Origin: a virus
IMG/VR virus record: IMGVR_UViG_3300021467_000006
Coordinates: 32,321 to 96,320 of that record
DNA length: 64,000 nucleotides
Strand: one strand, 5' to 3'
Shown here piece by piece: positions 26,760-39,849 of the stretch. The notes beneath the pieces are model-generated. The model ran no database searches and had not been told where the DNA came from. It saw only the letters and a list, made by a program, of their open reading frames with translations. Position 1 is the stretch's first letter. Each line of letters opens with the position of its first letter. The position numbers were made by a program, and so were the translations under genes.

Positions 26760-29717
26760 TTACTTCTCCACCTTAAGAGCTGCTGTTACCCGCTGTATTG
26801 ATGTAGCATTACCTTCAACCACAAAAGCAAGGATATCTCCAGCGCTGATTGATGTTGTCCAACCTGTCAATGTCGGATCTTCATACTTAACGCCGGAGGA
26901 TATAGCTGGCGTGGCACTAGCCGTTATCGAGTCCCCATTCACGGGATGTGTGCTTCCGGCATCAAAGTCTGAGTAAGTACATTTCCAAATGTCCACGGTT
27001 ACTGAGCCCGATTGATCTGCTAGTAAAGTAACGCTCTTGATGGTGCAGTTATAAGGCACTCTGATGTAGAGCTTTTCTCCATCAGTGAGTGCAGAGCCGC
27101 CACCATCTAAAATGACGTTAATTGAGTCGGTAACAACATCGGAGCCATCTAACATATTATCTTCATCTACATTGGTTAAGCTGTTACCAGTGCCATTAGC
27201 GTCAAAAGTTGTGTTTGTGAATGTCTTAGAGTCGCTGGCATAAGCAGATAACTCACTTTGCACATAAGCCGTAGTTGCAATACTGGTATCATTGTCATTA
27301 GCACTGGCTGTAGGTGCCGTTGGGTCACCGGTTAAGGCAGGAGAAGCCAATGGAGCTTTGGCATCGAGTTGGGTCTGGATGGCAGAAGTCACACCATCAA
27401 GATAGCCAAATTCTGTATTGTCCACGCTTCCACCAGCTATCTTGGTTGCGTCTATGGCAGCCGAAGCGTTGATATCTGTGTTAACTATTGCTCCGTCAGC
27501 TATTAGGGCACTAGTAATTACTCCAGTCATGTTAGAATCAATAAGGTACTGCCCCCAATCAGAGCCATCGTAGAACTCAAACCTGTTCTCCGCTTCATCA
27601 TAATTAAGCCAGCCTTCTGACGGCGAACCAGTAGTAAAACCATTCGTGTTACTCACGTCTATATAATGAGAACCGTCAGCGGAGGTGGTCTCGAACCCAG
27701 TTGCCTTGACAACCTTGTTAAACGTAAAATCGTCGTCTGTGATCGTGAGACTTGGGTCTGTTCCGGTTCCGGTATCCCAAGTCCAAGATTTAGAAGCATC
27801 TGTGTTAGTACCAAAAGTGGTGTCATCTATTTCCGTAGTATCTAGAGCAATAGTTACATTCCCACCTGCTCCACCATCGGTGATATCCAATGCCGTACCT
27901 TCAGTAAGCACTCGCTCTGCAGAAAGAGTTGCGTTTGTGGATAGAGTTACATATTCAGCGTCAGTTGGTGCACCTGAACTAGGAGGCACAGCCCATGTGC
28001 CATCGCCCCTAAGAAAATCAGAAGTAGATCCACTGAGCTTCGGAAGTAGCCCATGATAGCTTGTGGTTGCATTGAGATCAGTATTGTCGTCAGGTGTACC
28101 AAAGTCATCTAGTTTAGTAGTTGTCAAGGCCAATGTACCACTTGTGGATGGCAACGTAATGTTTATGTCTGAGGTGGGGTCATCAGTAGGAGCTATAATA
28201 CTGAGTTCATTAGTATCATCAGTGGTTCCCTCCCATATGAGCATCGTGGTTCCAGTTGAGACCACTCCATCCGTGAAAGCTGCACCAGATGAGAAGGCTG
28301 GGCCTACATCTGTAATATCACCACTTCCGCTAGGGGTTCCCCAACTTGGTGCAGATGTGGCACCATTGCTCATCAAATATGTACCAGAAGAACCAAGGGC
28401 AAGTTCGGTTATATTTCCAGAACCATTACTGTAAAACAGCCTCCACGCTGTAGGAGACGCTAATGTCTGTAAATCACTGTCAAGTGCTCCATTTGCAACT
28501 GAACCAGATGCGGAAATAGTCAAATCATCAGCTACTTCATTGTCTGCCCAAGGGTTAGCAGTATTAACCCAGTTAGCTGTTATTGTCTCAGCTTCGTCTA
28601 GCATGGCTATTGAGTCAACATCAGAAAGATCAGAACTGCTTATTTGAGTTCCATTTATCTGATAAACAGCCCCGCTGGGCAGATTCAAGTTTCCAGTGTC
28701 ATCAATCGTAACATTGGAGTTCTGGATCATCTTCCCGTCAGTTCCGTCAAACCTTGCTATTGCATTATCCGTAGAAGAAGAAGGACCTGTTACGTCCCCA
28801 GTACCAGACACAGCATCTGGCACCCAATAAGTACCGTTCCATTTAATTACATCGCCTGTGGATGGTGTGCCACTGATAAAGTCATGTAGACTGATATCAT
28901 TAGCATCATCACCTCCAGTTGCGATATTAAGAACGGGTTGATCTATTTTATTATTATCAAGCCCATCACCAGCTAATAAATCAGGATCAAGTGAATTACT
29001 CACTTCTAATGATTGGTCAGAAATAATTAAGCCATTTCCAGGCATCAATGTGCTAACTGCCCCGTCCGAATCATCCCAAAAGAGAATTGCATCAGTATTA
29101 GGGTCAGTTAGATTTGCTATATCATCCAACCAATCATCATAAGCCTGTACATCTGTTCCTATTTCTAAGCCTAAGTTAGTCCTAGCCGTAGCCGCATTAC
29201 TAGCTCCAGTACCACCATCTGCTATTGCTACATCAGTAGAACCAGGTGCATAATAGTCGGTTCCAGCTACTCCAGCGGAATAACCACTTTCATTCCCAGC
29301 CCCTTTTACCAATCCGTTGATACCAGAAGCCAGCGAATCAAGATCAGAATCAGCAGGTTGGTAGGTACTGGACAAATCAGGAATCATATCTTCATGAATC
29401 TTAACTAATCGCCATACTCCACCACTTGAGTAGTCATCCGGTCTTATCACATTCGGTGAGCTCTCTGCATCCGTGCCGTCAGCATCAAAGATATACTCGT
29501 AAACTGTGACTGTAGTGCCGGAAATTACTGTTACTATGGCAGAGTCACCATCAGCCAAGTCATCCGAGTTAGGTGCCCCACTTGCTGTGATATCCAGTGC
29601 ATCTAAGGCTCCGGTTCCTCCACCAGTTAACGCTGTACAACCATAACGGTTAGCTGCGTAACTCTGGCTACAAACTAGGATAAAAAAAGCTAAAATCAAA
29701 AACAGAATCTTTTTCAT
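26760..29717 (-). CDS. Tail-fibre-like repetitive protein with an N-terminal signal peptide
   Basis: Signal peptide ending SYA; fibre-type motifs [68 protein letters not shown]. Confidence 0.75.
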   Translation of the reverse strand: MKKILFLILAFFILVCSQSYAANRYGCTALTGGGTGALDALDITASGAPNSDDLADGDSAIVTVISGTTVTVYEYIFDADGTDAESSPNVIRPDDYSSGGVWRLVKIHEDMIPDLSSTYQPADSDLDSLASGINGLVKGAGNESGYSAGVAGTDYYAPGSTDVAIADGGTGASNAATARTNLGLEIGTDVQAYDDWLDDIANLTDPNTDAILFWDDSDGAVSTLMPGNGLIISDQSLEVSNSLDPDLLAGDGLDNNKIDQPVLNIATGGDDANDISLHDFISGTPSTGDVIKWNGTYWVPDAVSGTGDVTGPSSSTDNAIARFDGTDGKMIQNSNVTIDDTGNLNLPSGAVYQINGTQISSSDLSDVDSIAMLDEAETITANWVNTANPWADNEVADDLTISASGSVANGALDSDLQTLASPTAWRLFYSNGSGNITELALGSSGTYLMSNGATSAPSWGTPSGSGDITDVGPAFSSGAAFTDGVVSTGTTMLIWEGTTDDTNELSIIAPTDDPTSDINITLPSTSGTLALTTTKLDDFGTPDDNTDLNATTSYHGLLPKLSGSTSDFLRGDGTWAVPPSSGAPTDAEYVTLSTNATLSAERVLTEGTALDITDGGAGGNVTIALDTTEIDDTTFGTNTDASKSWTWDTGTGTDPSLTITDDDFTFNKVVKATGFETTSADGSHYIDVSNTNGFTTGSPSEGWLNYDEAENRFEFYDGSDWGQYLIDSNMTGVITSALIADGAIVNTDINASAAIDATKIAGGSVDNTEFGYLDGVTSAIQTQLDAKAPLASPALTGDPTAPTASANDNDTSIATTAYVQSELSAYASDSKTFTNTTFDANGTGNSLTNVDEDNMLDGSDVVTDSINVILDGGGSALTDGEKLYIRVPYNCTIKSVTLLADQSGSVTVDIWKCTYSDFDAGSTHPVNGDSITASATPAISSGVKYEDPTLTGWTTSISAGDILAFVVEGNATSIQRVTAALKVEK

Positions 29718-29728
29718 ATTACACGCTC

Positions 29729-31531
29729 CTATAAGTCTTGGAATGTTATTCCTCCTGTATCTTTATAGTTTATCCCTGCTCCATCCATGAATGTCATATA
29801 TCCAGCCTGAGATGGCGGAGCTGGTGTTGAGGCTAAAGCATACATCCTCTGCATATGCCACCTTCTCCCATCCCACCACAATGCCTTCCTCTCGTCACAT
29901 CCAATGTCAGGCGTGCCGAGGATTGGTTGCTTGTCTATGTCCAAGACTGTCTCGTGGAAGCCTGAGATGGTTGTGCCTGCGTTGATGCAGGGAGAGTTGT
30001 GAGAGAGTCTGAAACCAGATAGCAACGGGTCAGACTGGATATTACCATCTATAGTATCACCATTGCTATCGGACGTATTCCAGGTAGACACTGACATAGC
30101 AGTGCCACGGTAATAGATGACGTTAGCAATACCAGATTTATAAACACAATTATTCTCAAATGTGTTGTTCAGAATATCAGAAGCGTTATCAACTACGATG
30201 CCATAGTTATCAAGGCTATCTTTCGAGTCCAAACCACAGTTATAGACGATGTTGTTAGAGATAATGTTATCCTCTTTATTGTTAGCATCTGTTCTAAGCC
30301 TAATTCCAGCTTCATCACAGTTGAGAATGGTGTTATTGGCTATTTTATTATCATGGCAGACATTAGAACCATAACCCTGTAATTCAATGCCTTGGGCTGT
30401 ACCGTAGCTATAGCAAGGCGAATTGCTAATTGTATCTATGAGATTATAAGCAAATATGTTATGATCGCCGTTGATTTGATTTCTTACAGTAGTATTTAAT
30501 ATACAGTTTCTAACAATCTCGTTATACTGAGTTTTGGTATCCGGCCCGCTAACACTAAATCCCCGCATATAGGAAACATTTGCACCAATTATAACGTTGT
30601 CCGAGATAGTGTTGTACTTGACGCCGTTACCAGTAGAGGTAGCAGTAAGCCCAACACCGCAATGACCCCAATTGGAAATGGTGCAATTGGTTACGTTGCA
30701 ATGTTCAGCACCTTGATAAAGTGTGATTCCATCGTTTAGGTTTATATCTTCGTGGTCATAAGTTCCGTTAAAGCCGGATGATATAGTACAATTCACAATA
30801 TCAATATAAGTAGATGAATCTGGAGTGGAGTCCTGTTGTATTTGCACGCCCTTGACAGCACCATAACCAATTGTACAATTCTCCACAATGGCATGATCTA
30901 CATTGACTAAATATAGACAGGCAGAATACCCACCACGAAGTTCAATGTTCTTGATCTTGATGTATTGTCTGGCTTCCGCATATAAGGCGTAACTAGATGA
31001 ACTACCCTTCATTGACGAATATTCATCGGCCGGATTCTGGGTAGCGTAGACATATAAAGTACTTGAACCAGTATCGTAATACCATTTATAGGTAAAGTTG
31101 ACTGTAGTGGAGGACGTAGCTAAAATTGCCTCATCACCATCTAAATACAGTCGTCCTGGACGAGGGCTATAGCTCATAGACCAAATATTATTGCCATTAT
31201 CTGTCCAATTAGAGGACTCATCCCAACCGGTAAGTTCATTTATTACATTGATAATAATTGTGTCGCCCTCTCTACCCTCAAGAGTAACATATCCGGTAGC
31301 ATCACCTACATCATTACTGCGCCATACTACTTTATCGAATTCAGCAGTTCCTCCTGGAGTACTTGCTAAAACTCTAATCTTGTCGTTCGGCCCTAAGTCT
31401 TCTCCATCAAATGCTGCTTGTATGTCTGTATAGTCGCATCCACTAGAACATACAGTATAGGTAGTCGCCCACCCCACCACGGGCAACAGCAAAAGCATTA
31501 TCAAGGTTACGAGAAAAAACGCTTTCTTCAT
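29729..31531 (-). CDS. Secreted right-handed beta-helix (pectin-lyase-like) protein, possible depolymerase
   Basis: Signal peptide ending GWA; Asn-rich parallel beta-helix repeats (NCTI, NNTI, NNIV); SPCINAG...PDIGCDE. Confidence 0.75.
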   Translation of the reverse strand: MKKAFFLVTLIMLLLLPVVGWATTYTVCSSGCDYTDIQAAFDGEDLGPNDKIRVLASTPGGTAEFDKVVWRSNDVGDATGYVTLEGREGDTIIINVINELTGWDESSNWTDNGNNIWSMSYSPRPGRLYLDGDEAILATSSTTVNFTYKWYYDTGSSTLYVYATQNPADEYSSMKGSSSSYALYAEARQYIKIKNIELRGGYSACLYLVNVDHAIVENCTIGYGAVKGVQIQQDSTPDSSTYIDIVNCTISSGFNGTYDHEDINLNDGITLYQGAEHCNVTNCTISNWGHCGVGLTATSTGNGVKYNTISDNVIIGANVSYMRGFSVSGPDTKTQYNEIVRNCILNTTVRNQINGDHNIFAYNLIDTISNSPCYSYGTAQGIELQGYGSNVCHDNKIANNTILNCDEAGIRLRTDANNKEDNIISNNIVYNCGLDSKDSLDNYGIVVDNASDILNNTFENNCVYKSGIANVIYYRGTAMSVSTWNTSDSNGDTIDGNIQSDPLLSGFRLSHNSPCINAGTTISGFHETVLDIDKQPILGTPDIGCDERKALWWDGRRWHMQRMYALASTPAPPSQAGYMTFMDGAGINYKDTGGITFQDL

Positions 31532-31569
31532 TTAAGCCTCCACCGAGCAAATTGTCAGCGAACAAATTG

Positions 31570-32058
31570 CTACGGATAATAAACATCAAACACAATCGTA
31601 ATGGTTGCCTTCTTCGAATCTCCCATCCCTGAGAGGGAAATTGTCATGCTATCCCAAACATGAGTCCAGTCCAGGTAGATGCTTGTTGCAGAGCTGTTAC
31701 TTAGGTTTGTGCCTTGTCCGCCTGTAAGAATCTCTCTTCCATTGCTGTCTTTGATGCTTAGGTCAAAATTATCATCAGGAGTATCTGTTCCGTCTGGTTC
31801 AACAACTATGCAACTATATCCTGCAATATCCAACATCCCCAAGTCGCTGATGGTGATGAAGGCATCTCCATCTCCATTAGAAGTAGCTTCTAATGTAAGT
31901 TTATATCTATTATTGCCATAATATTGTAATCCTGCTTGTGGATTGGTAGGAGACCATGTTCCCGAACTAACTGTATAACTTCCAAGAAGGGCAAAAGAAT
32001 AAACAGGCAGGAATAAACTGAAAACCAATAAAAAGAGCATTACTTTCTTCATTTTCAT
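31570..32058 (-). CDS. Secreted hypothetical protein
   Basis: AGGAG RBS before ATG 32058; signal peptide ending SFA. Confidence 0.65.
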   Translation of the reverse strand: MKMKKVMLFLLVFSLFLPVYSFALLGSYTVSSGTWSPTNPQAGLQYYGNNRYKLTLEATSNGDGDAFITISDLGMLDIAGYSCIVVEPDGTDTPDDNFDLSIKDSNGREILTGGQGTNLSNSSATSIYLDWTHVWDSMTISLSGMGDSKKATITIVFDVYYP

Positions 32059-32081
32059 CTCTCCTATATAAAAGTTATGAT

Positions 32082-32111
32082 AAACTATCAAATCATGAAA
32101 TTTAGTGTCAA
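32082..32111 (-). promoter_or_regulatory. Candidate promoter of the secreted-protein cassette
   Basis: TTGACA (32111-32106), 18 bp, then TAGTTT preceded by TGA (extended -10). Confidence 0.45.
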
Positions 32112-32129
32112 ATTGCTAATAAATTATAT

Positions 32130-35100
32130 TTAATTACCCAATCCATACTCATCTATTTTTATAGGTATCAACCTTGGAGTTCCTGAAAAAGACCTTGTGT
32201 AATAAATGGGTAATTTTAATTTTGTATCTGGGGTTCCAAATACAAATACCTTATCTCCTACTTTATAATCATAAAAATCCGTAGGTTGAACTTTTGTACC
32301 ATCCTTTAGTGTTATCAATTTATTTATATTATCTTCATTTTCTATAGAAACTACTTCACTGTAATAAAATTGTGTTGTCCTTATTGGTTTTTGTACATAT
32401 TGTTTTTCTGCATCAGCCATCTCTATTCCTCTTCTGCAGTATCCACAACATAATAAAGAACATCACCAAAATAATTTTGAATTATTAAAGAAGAAGTTGT
32501 AATACCTGGAATTGGAGCTGCTCTAAAACTTCTTCTCCAAGCATACTGAAACTTTCTACCTCCTAATATCAATATTTTATGAGCGGTTACGCTACCACCT
32601 ATAACTTTAAAGTTTAATCTATAAAAAGGCTTAGGCTCTACAGAAAACCAATATTCATACATTTCCCCACATTTACTCTCTTCTGGAGGAAATTCCATCC
32701 TAACAATCAGTGATGGTATCCTCTCATTCTCACCAAATAAAGAAGATTCTTCTGTGGTATAAATCATTTCTATCGAACAATCCAAATCATCAAAATATGT
32801 CTTATTTGTAACATATGCGATAATATCTCTTTCATTATCACTACTTTCAGCTTTCGGGAACATACCTATTTTAAATACCTCAGCTCCCAATCTAGGCAAT
32901 GCTTGCATAATATTTCCAGTTATGTTTTCATATTCATCATCTTCTACAACATCATGTTCTTCATCTGTAACATATGCAACCACTTGGACTCTCAATGCCT
33001 CTTCTTGAGCTTTGTTATATAAATTTTCTAATTGAGTTATTTCATAATTAAATATGTTTTTGTATAATGATGCACTATTTTCACAATATTTTTCATAATT
33101 CTCCCTTAAATCTTTTATACTTTCTTCAGTATCCTTCCATACTTTATATCTCAAGTTATCATCAGAAAAATATCTACTACCGCTTATCCATTGGATATAT
33201 TTGGATATCCATACATAAGAAGAACCCAACATTTTATTTTCTAATTGGTCAGCAGTATAAAATACTGAAGAAGCATAGGTTTGGATGTTATGAAAATGTC
33301 TATAGACATTATAGACATAATTCCTTAAATCAAAAAATATATCCACTCTATTTTCAGTAGTAGAACTTCCTTCATCTCCAGGTGTATTTACTTCACAAAC
33401 ACCTCTAACTGGGCAAATTCCTTTAGGATGCACATATGTTGTCATTCTAATTTCTTTAGCCATAATATCAATCTATAGTAAACCAATCATTTGCAAGGCC
33501 ATCTTGATCGCTTTGCAAGTAAGGAGAAGGTGGTATCAATTTTAATTCATGACGGCCTCGTGTTAATTTCCCTATATAACAATATCCATTATCATCAGTT
33601 ACACCTACTGTTTTACCATCAACCTGAACTATAGTTCCTGGAACTACGGTTTCGGTGGTAAAATCTTTTACTACAATACTACAACTTGGGTTATCTTCAT
33701 CCTCGTCTTCTTCAGATAATAATGTTATTATCTGATTAGCAACAATGTTGTCATTATTTACAAAGTAAATGCATACATTTTTTTCTGGATAATCTGATGG
33801 TATTGATTTCAGGGTATAATAATAAACCTCAAAAGAATAAGTTATTTTAAAATATCCAAAATAATTACCAGAAGGTAGAATAATTCTTCTACCATCAAAA
33901 GTTACATTCCCATTATTCTGCCCTAACCACTTATATTCAGATATACTGGAAGGTAGATACCTTAAAGTAATCTCATTTGTATCAGAATATTTCTTATCTA
34001 TGGCAAAATATTCCGTTATGGTATCTCCAGAAGTTCCTGAAGGAGATAGAGACCCAGAAGAAGTCCATGTCTCCTTAATATTTGAAGAAGTAATAATAGA
34101 TAATACTATTGGTTCTCCTGGAGAAAAACTCATTTTACCATTATTTTTATCAGGATCTATCTCTATATATAAATACCCGTCTTTTCCTTGAGGAGTTGAT
34201 TCAAAATCTATAACATATGTAGCTAAAATGCTCATATATATACCTTCTTAGTGGTTAAATTTTTAGTAGGTAATGGTATAAAAATATTTGGAGTACCCAA
34301 AATAACCACACCTAAATCACCTTTTTTAACATTCAGGTTATCCTGAATCTTAGTTTTAACTATTTCTCCAGAATTTAATTTCACAAAATAATCATTACCG
34401 GAGATATCACTTATCATGCCTTCTATGGTATTAGATGTTTTGAAGATATCAGTTAAAACTTTAGTTAAATGGGTCTGCATATTCTCCCTCTACATTCATA
34501 TTTACAGAAACACCCTTATTTTTATCAATATTTATAGTCATAGAAGTTATTCTGTATTTGGAATTAACTTCTGGATTATCACAATAAATACCAACAATAT
34601 CCCCATCCATTAACCCCCTATAAGGCACTGAAAGTTTATATTGTTTATATCTATAATACCAGCTATATAATTCTTGCTTACCTACAATTACAGCTTGAGG
34701 TTCTGTAGTAATTAAGGGGCTGGAAATAGTAGTTTTACGCTTTTCTTCTCCAGAACCTGTTTTCTGTATGACTATAGAAACAGCCATCTATATAGCCTCC
34801 ACCCAGATTAAAACAGGATCAAAATTACCAGAAACGCTGGAAAATATAATTGGAAGATATTTAGCTGTATAAGTCACATTCCCTATTCCCATACTCTTAG
34901 TCTGAGAATATATGGTAGAAGATACCCCAGCATTATAAGTTATAGATCCCAAATCTGTACCATACCATTCAATAGAAGCACTCTCTATAGTATGGGATAC
35001 ACTACCTTCACCATTTGTAAAAGTAACATCCTCTTCAAACGTATCCGTAGTTACTGACCCTGCAGTTATAGACCCATTTGTAGCATGAACACTAACTGAA

Positions 35101-35264
35101 TCTAATAAACTACTTGGAGATCCATATAATCTCAGATAAATTGTATCCCCAGGATAAAAACTGGTTCTACCATTATTATCATCTGACTCTATTGCAAGGG
35201 TAAGACTACCAGCTTCTCCTTCATCAAAATCCAATACATAAGTAGCAAGGATTCTTTCTGTCAT
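32130..35264 (-). CDS. Tail tip/baseplate-region genes (32130-32420, 32423-33463, 33468-34235, 34232-34480, 34461-34787, 34788-35264)
   Basis: Contiguous, downstream of the tape measure; acidic and beta-rich; 33468 and 34788 are paralogous; OB-fold-like VGDKVFV and KKGDLGVV. Confidence 0.65.
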
Positions 35265-38200
35265 TTATACCTCCTTGGCTATTACAAAAAGAACAGAATC
35301 TTCATCGAGATCTTGAGCATACCATAAATCATAAGCAGTATTATAAGTTATTGAAACTATACCTTCAGTTCTATCTCCCGAAGGAGTCAATTTCAATGTA
35401 TTCTCCCTTTCTGGATCTACAGTTATAGTTCCTGGGTTTAATCCTATCCATGAATATGAAACTATATTTAATATTGGATATTGTGTAGTTCCTTTAGAAG
35501 AAACTATTTCTACTTCCTCAGTTATTTCTTCGGTTATTGTTCCTTGGTATGTCAATGATCCATCTGTTGTCCTAAATTCATAAAAAGAATCTGGATAACC
35601 CGATTCATTATAATCAGGAATTGCAGTTAAATACACTCTGAAATAGATAGCATCTCCTAAGGTAGGAGAAGGTGGAGTCTTATCAGGATCTAAAACTATT
35701 GTTCCACTTACATTGCTTTCCTGTTTAGTAGATGTATCTGTTTCAACTAATACTGCATTATATCCACTTTCCTGTATTTCACTCTCACTTAATGAAATAA
35801 TATTATCATAATAATCAAAATCATAATCAGTTGTTTCACTTTCTATTTCATCTGGATTATATGGATATTTATATCTTATTATTAATTCGCCTTGCTTTCC
35901 ACATCTAACTATACCTCCACCAGCTTTAGCAATAGCATCTATAACCTGTATTTTAGTTTTACCTGCTATTTCAAATGTATTTTCCGGTATAAAATAATCA
36001 AAAATATTATATTCTAGGGTAAAACCAGAAGCTAAATTAGCTATAACATCACTAGCCACTCCTGAAGATAAATATTGATCTGTTAATTTCGTGGAATAAG
36101 GCTCTGAAAGTATAGCTGTTTTACTCCTTCCCCATATTTTTATAACTCTTTTGCCAAAAGATGCACTAAATTCACGTTTTTCTAGCAAGAAATAATAATC
36201 ATCTATACCTATTTTTATATGTATCCTTAATGTTTCAGAACCATCAGGCTCCAATAATGACCATAATGATAAATCTGATATTTCTGCATCGAAAGAGTTG
36301 GTAAAATAGTTTTCCGATAAAGTAATAGAAATATTTTCCACACTATCTTTAATAGACTGCCCATCTAAAAATATATCAAAATCACCTGTAGAAGCACTAG
36401 CTCCTTCATCAGCTACAAGATCAAAGTCTCCCAAATGAAGAGGATCTGATTTTCCTAATGTTGTTATTAGAGAGTAATCTTTTAAGAGTGGGTTTATTGA
36501 TAAAATGTCATTTATGATTTTTATGTTTTTCTTTAATTCATCTCCAATATAATTAATAATATCTATAGTTTTAAAGGTTTTTTCATCAATAGAATTTAGT
36601 AATGTAGTTAAAATCAAAATCTCATCAAAGTTTAAACTATTAATCAAATCATAGTATTTTTCTACAGGATCATAACCTAGTTTATTGAGCAAATTCATTA
36701 ATCTTAGTTTATCTTCTATGATATGATTAACTAAATTCCGGTATAAAATATAAATTATAGAATTCTTAACATTATAGAACTTTATACTCTGTATGAGGTT
36801 TTTAATATTATATAATACTTTTAATGAGATAGTATTTAGAAATGAAAAATCCTTATATAAACTAAAATGTATCTTCCAAGCCAATTCTCTTAACATTTGT
36901 TGAAGATTTACTTTCCAAGCAATAGTTTGAGAAGAAGTTTCAAGCCCTATTTGCCAAGCAATTATATTTTGTAGAAAAGATTCTATAGTTCCTATAGTAA
37001 TCAAATTGTTAAACAACGATTCTTTTACTGTACTTATCCAATCAGAAGACCTAGCAGTCTTAGAAATCCTCAATAAAGCTATTAAATCTTCCCAATAATC
37101 ATCCCCAGCATCTGAATATTTTCTCCCTATAATATGCCCTACAGAAGATAAATCCGCAGACCCAACAGCAGAATTGGCATCTGTTCCATCAGAAGAGGCA
37201 TCTATATATAAATTGATAGTATAGTCGTCCAAAACCCCCACAACATAATGGTCGTTATTGTCTGCTATAGTCGTAGTAGATATAGCTTGCACATCATCAC
37301 CACCATCATCTTGCTTCCACAGTCTCAAATAGTTAGAACTATCTTTCCTGAAATGTATTGTAGGTGTTTCACCGGAAGTTCGTGCCCCATATATAGTAGA
37401 CCAAGTAGTCGTGTCATCGGTTTTGACAAGGGCTTCAACTGTGAAATCACTATCTCCCAAGATATCTAAATAACCTTTATCATTACCTATAGATATGTAA
37501 TCATCTGTTCCATCAAAATTTTGACCACCAGCAAAAGATGAAGTGGTTTCTTGAGGCTCATTAGCTCCCTTCTTAGTAAGTATTTTTCGCTCTTCTGTAA
37601 GAAGTTCATCCCTCAAATACTGCGTCTTATATTTAAAATTATGAATATCTACTAAATCTTCTATGGTATATATCTTACCCGTATCATGTGTTCCAAAGAA
37701 AAATCTATCTCCATCCCATGCAAAACCTTCTCCCTCTTCAGAAATATTAGTTTTATATTCAACAGTATCAATAGTTCCATCATCTCTTAATAAAAGCTCA
37801 AATATAGAAACTTGAGAGCCATTGTCTGCTAATAAAAATAACCTACCATCAACATAATCCATCCCTTGTGGAATACCTACCCCACTATGAGACCATACAT
37901 TCCCCAAAGTGTAAGTTCCATCAGAATGAAGAGTTACCTCTCTAACCTTAAAAGCATAAGGAGAAGTTGTCTCTGAGGTAAAAACATAAATCGTATTCCC
38001 TTCCTTATAAGCTATTTCTCCCCCTTCTCCATAATCCACAGATGATAAATCCCACTCCTGTTGTTTAGTACCTGTTTTAGTTATTTCCCATACCTCATAG
38101 GGCTCGGAACCTCCCGAACAAAAAAGTAGCGTATCATTATCTTCATGAATATCCCCTCCCGCTGCATGTGGTGGGCCTGAAAAAGAGGTAACATCTGTAC

Positions 38201-39332
38201 CGTCATACTCAAATTTATATATAGTACCATCTACTCCAGCACCGTTATCCTTACCCCAATAAAAATATGTACCATCCGCAGCTAAACCTTGATTCCCATA
38301 ATTAGAGGATTTCGTCAGATAAGTATATAAATCAAAAGAGTCTACCATAGAGGTAGCTAAAAGAAAGTCATTATCCCATACACCCGAAGCCATGTAGCTT
38401 CCAGCCCTACCAACATAACCACTAGCCCGTTCACAAGAAGAAACAACAAAATCTTCAAAATAGCCAGATACAGAAGGATAATCTCCACCACAAGAAAATT
38501 CTAAAGCTACCACAGCACTATCTGAATACATTGTGATCTCACCCAGTGAAATCCAATCTCCAGTAGTCTTGTAATAATATCTTGTTAAATCTCCTTCACG
38601 AACCAAACGTAGCGTAAAATCAGTATCTGTCACATTATCCCAATCCAAATTGGTAGAAGTCCCTTTGTTGTATCTCGATTTAATAAACTGCTGCCCTATT
38701 GTCGAATCGTATCCTCTTCCAACATAACACCAATGACCTCCTCTATCAGGAAAATGTAGTACTAAATTCATTACCCACCAATTAGTAGAAGGAGTAGAAT
38801 CTAAATGACCTTTTACCTGGATATCAAAATCTCCCCATAATACAGATTTCAATATAATTCTATTCCTTCGGTTGCTTGAAGAGACTGAAATAGATAATCT
38901 ATTAGATTGTATCGTTGGATTACCTTTACATACTCGCCATTTCAATATATCAGGAGGATCACCGTCTACACCCGTAAAATCATCAGATAAGTCAGTAGGA
39001 GAAGGATGCCATCTTTGGTCATCAGCATCTTCATCATAATATAAATAGATTTTTGTATCAGATGAGCTGGATACATCGGGAATTCCTACAACTATCCAAC
39101 CATCATTAGAGTCAGACTCCCATCTCTGAACATTTACAAATAATCTTGTAGTACCATCTTCTTTAGATATAGCAATTTTTTCATAATGAGATCCTACTTT
39201 ACTAAACACATCAGATAAACCACTAGCAGACATATCTATATCTAGAGGAAAATAACTTATATCACTCCCAACTTTTGTACTATCTATAGTTAGAGGTATC
39301 CTGTTTTTAAATCCAGGCAAAAATCCAGCCAT
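35265..39332 (-). CDS. Large tail protein: DUF2341-like N-terminus, beta-propeller and LamG/ConA-like domains, C-terminal hub-like region
   Basis: RIPLTIDSTKV...DTKIYLYY, FDGTDDYI..DFTVEA, LRISKTARSSDWI, IWGRSKTAILSEPYS. Confidence 0.7.
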   Translation of the reverse strand: MAGFLPGFKNRIPLTIDSTKVGSDISYFPLDIDMSASGLSDVFSKVGSHYEKIAISKEDGTTRLFVNVQRWESDSNDGWIVVGIPDVSSSSDTKIYLYYDEDADDQRWHPSPTDLSDDFTGVDGDPPDILKWRVCKGNPTIQSNRLSISVSSSNRRNRIILKSVLWGDFDIQVKGHLDSTPSTNWWVMNLVLHFPDRGGHWCYVGRGYDSTIGQQFIKSRYNKGTSTNLDWDNVTDTDFTLRLVREGDLTRYYYKTTGDWISLGEITMYSDSAVVALEFSCGGDYPSVSGYFEDFVVSSCERASGYVGRAGSYMASGVWDNDFLLATSMVDSFDLYTYLTKSSNYGNQGLAADGTYFYWGKDNGAGVDGTIYKFEYDGTDVTSFSGPPHAAGGDIHEDNDTLLFCSGGSEPYEVWEITKTGTKQQEWDLSSVDYGEGGEIAYKEGNTIYVFTSETTSPYAFKVREVTLHSDGTYTLGNVWSHSGVGIPQGMDYVDGRLFLLADNGSQVSIFELLLRDDGTIDTVEYKTNISEEGEGFAWDGDRFFFGTHDTGKIYTIEDLVDIHNFKYKTQYLRDELLTEERKILTKKGANEPQETTSSFAGGQNFDGTDDYISIGNDKGYLDILGDSDFTVEALVKTDDTTTWSTIYGARTSGETPTIHFRKDSSNYLRLWKQDDGGDDVQAISTTTIADNNDHYVVGVLDDYTINLYIDASSDGTDANSAVGSADLSSVGHIIGRKYSDAGDDYWEDLIALLRISKTARSSDWISTVKESLFNNLITIGTIESFLQNIIAWQIGLETSSQTIAWKVNLQQMLRELAWKIHFSLYKDFSFLNTISLKVLYNIKNLIQSIKFYNVKNSIIYILYRNLVNHIIEDKLRLMNLLNKLGYDPVEKYYDLINSLNFDEILILTTLLNSIDEKTFKTIDIINYIGDELKKNIKIINDILSINPLLKDYSLITTLGKSDPLHLGDFDLVADEGASASTGDFDIFLDGQSIKDSVENISITLSENYFTNSFDAEISDLSLWSLLEPDGSETLRIHIKIGIDDYYFLLEKREFSASFGKRVIKIWGRSKTAILSEPYSTKLTDQYLSSGVASDVIANLASGFTLEYNIFDYFIPENTFEIAGKTKIQVIDAIAKAGGGIVRCGKQGELIIRYKYPYNPDEIESETTDYDFDYYDNIISLSESEIQESGYNAVLVETDTSTKQESNVSGTIVLDPDKTPPSPTLGDAIYFRVYLTAIPDYNESGYPDSFYEFRTTDGSLTYQGTITEEITEEVEIVSSKGTTQYPILNIVSYSWIGLNPGTITVDPERENTLKLTPSGDRTEGIVSITYNTAYDLWYAQDLDEDSVLFVIAKEV

Positions 39333-39341
39333 ATTTAATCC

Positions 39342-39839
39342 TTAAGGTTCTAGATATTCTACTACAATAGTTGTGTTGTCATTAGGATCTGTCGAAGCAC
39401 CAGCATTTACGACTCTTTTAAACCATATATAATTCTTATCTCCAGACGCCATATTCCCCAAATCCAATTTATTACTGGAATCCCTAAATGTGAAAGTTGT
39501 TTCTTCCCAACCAGTTTGATCTGGAGCTGTATCCTCGTCAGCTATGGTAGTAGGGGAAGAAGGATTCTTCCCCTCCCAAGCTATTTGAATAGAAGTATCT
39601 GAAGAAGAAGTATCTGAATCAAAATAGACTTTTACAGAGTTATAAGAAGCCCCATTGGCATATAAGACTAAACACCTGTACTCAGTATCTCCAGAAGAAG
39701 CCTCCGAAGCTAATACGTCATCAAACAAATTATTCATTGCAGTGGAATTGAGTTGTGTTGCACTCATGCTGCCACCAAGAGATTCGTTTGGATCTCCATT
39801 ATCTGAACCTGAATATGTATATCTCCATTCTAAAGGCAT
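39342..39839 (-). CDS. Putative virion (tail) protein
   Basis: PNESLGG..S..NNLFDDV...YRC...IWFKRVV; related in pattern to the next gene. Confidence 0.65.
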   Translation of the reverse strand: MPLEWRYTYSGSDNGDPNESLGGSMSATQLNSTAMNNLFDDVLASEASSGDTEYRCLVLYANGASYNSVKVYFDSDTSSSDTSIQIAWEGKNPSSPTTIADEDTAPDQTGWEETTFTFRDSSNKLDLGNMASGDKNYIWFKRVVNAGASTDPNDNTTIVVEYLEP

Positions 39840-39849
39840 TTATTTCTCC

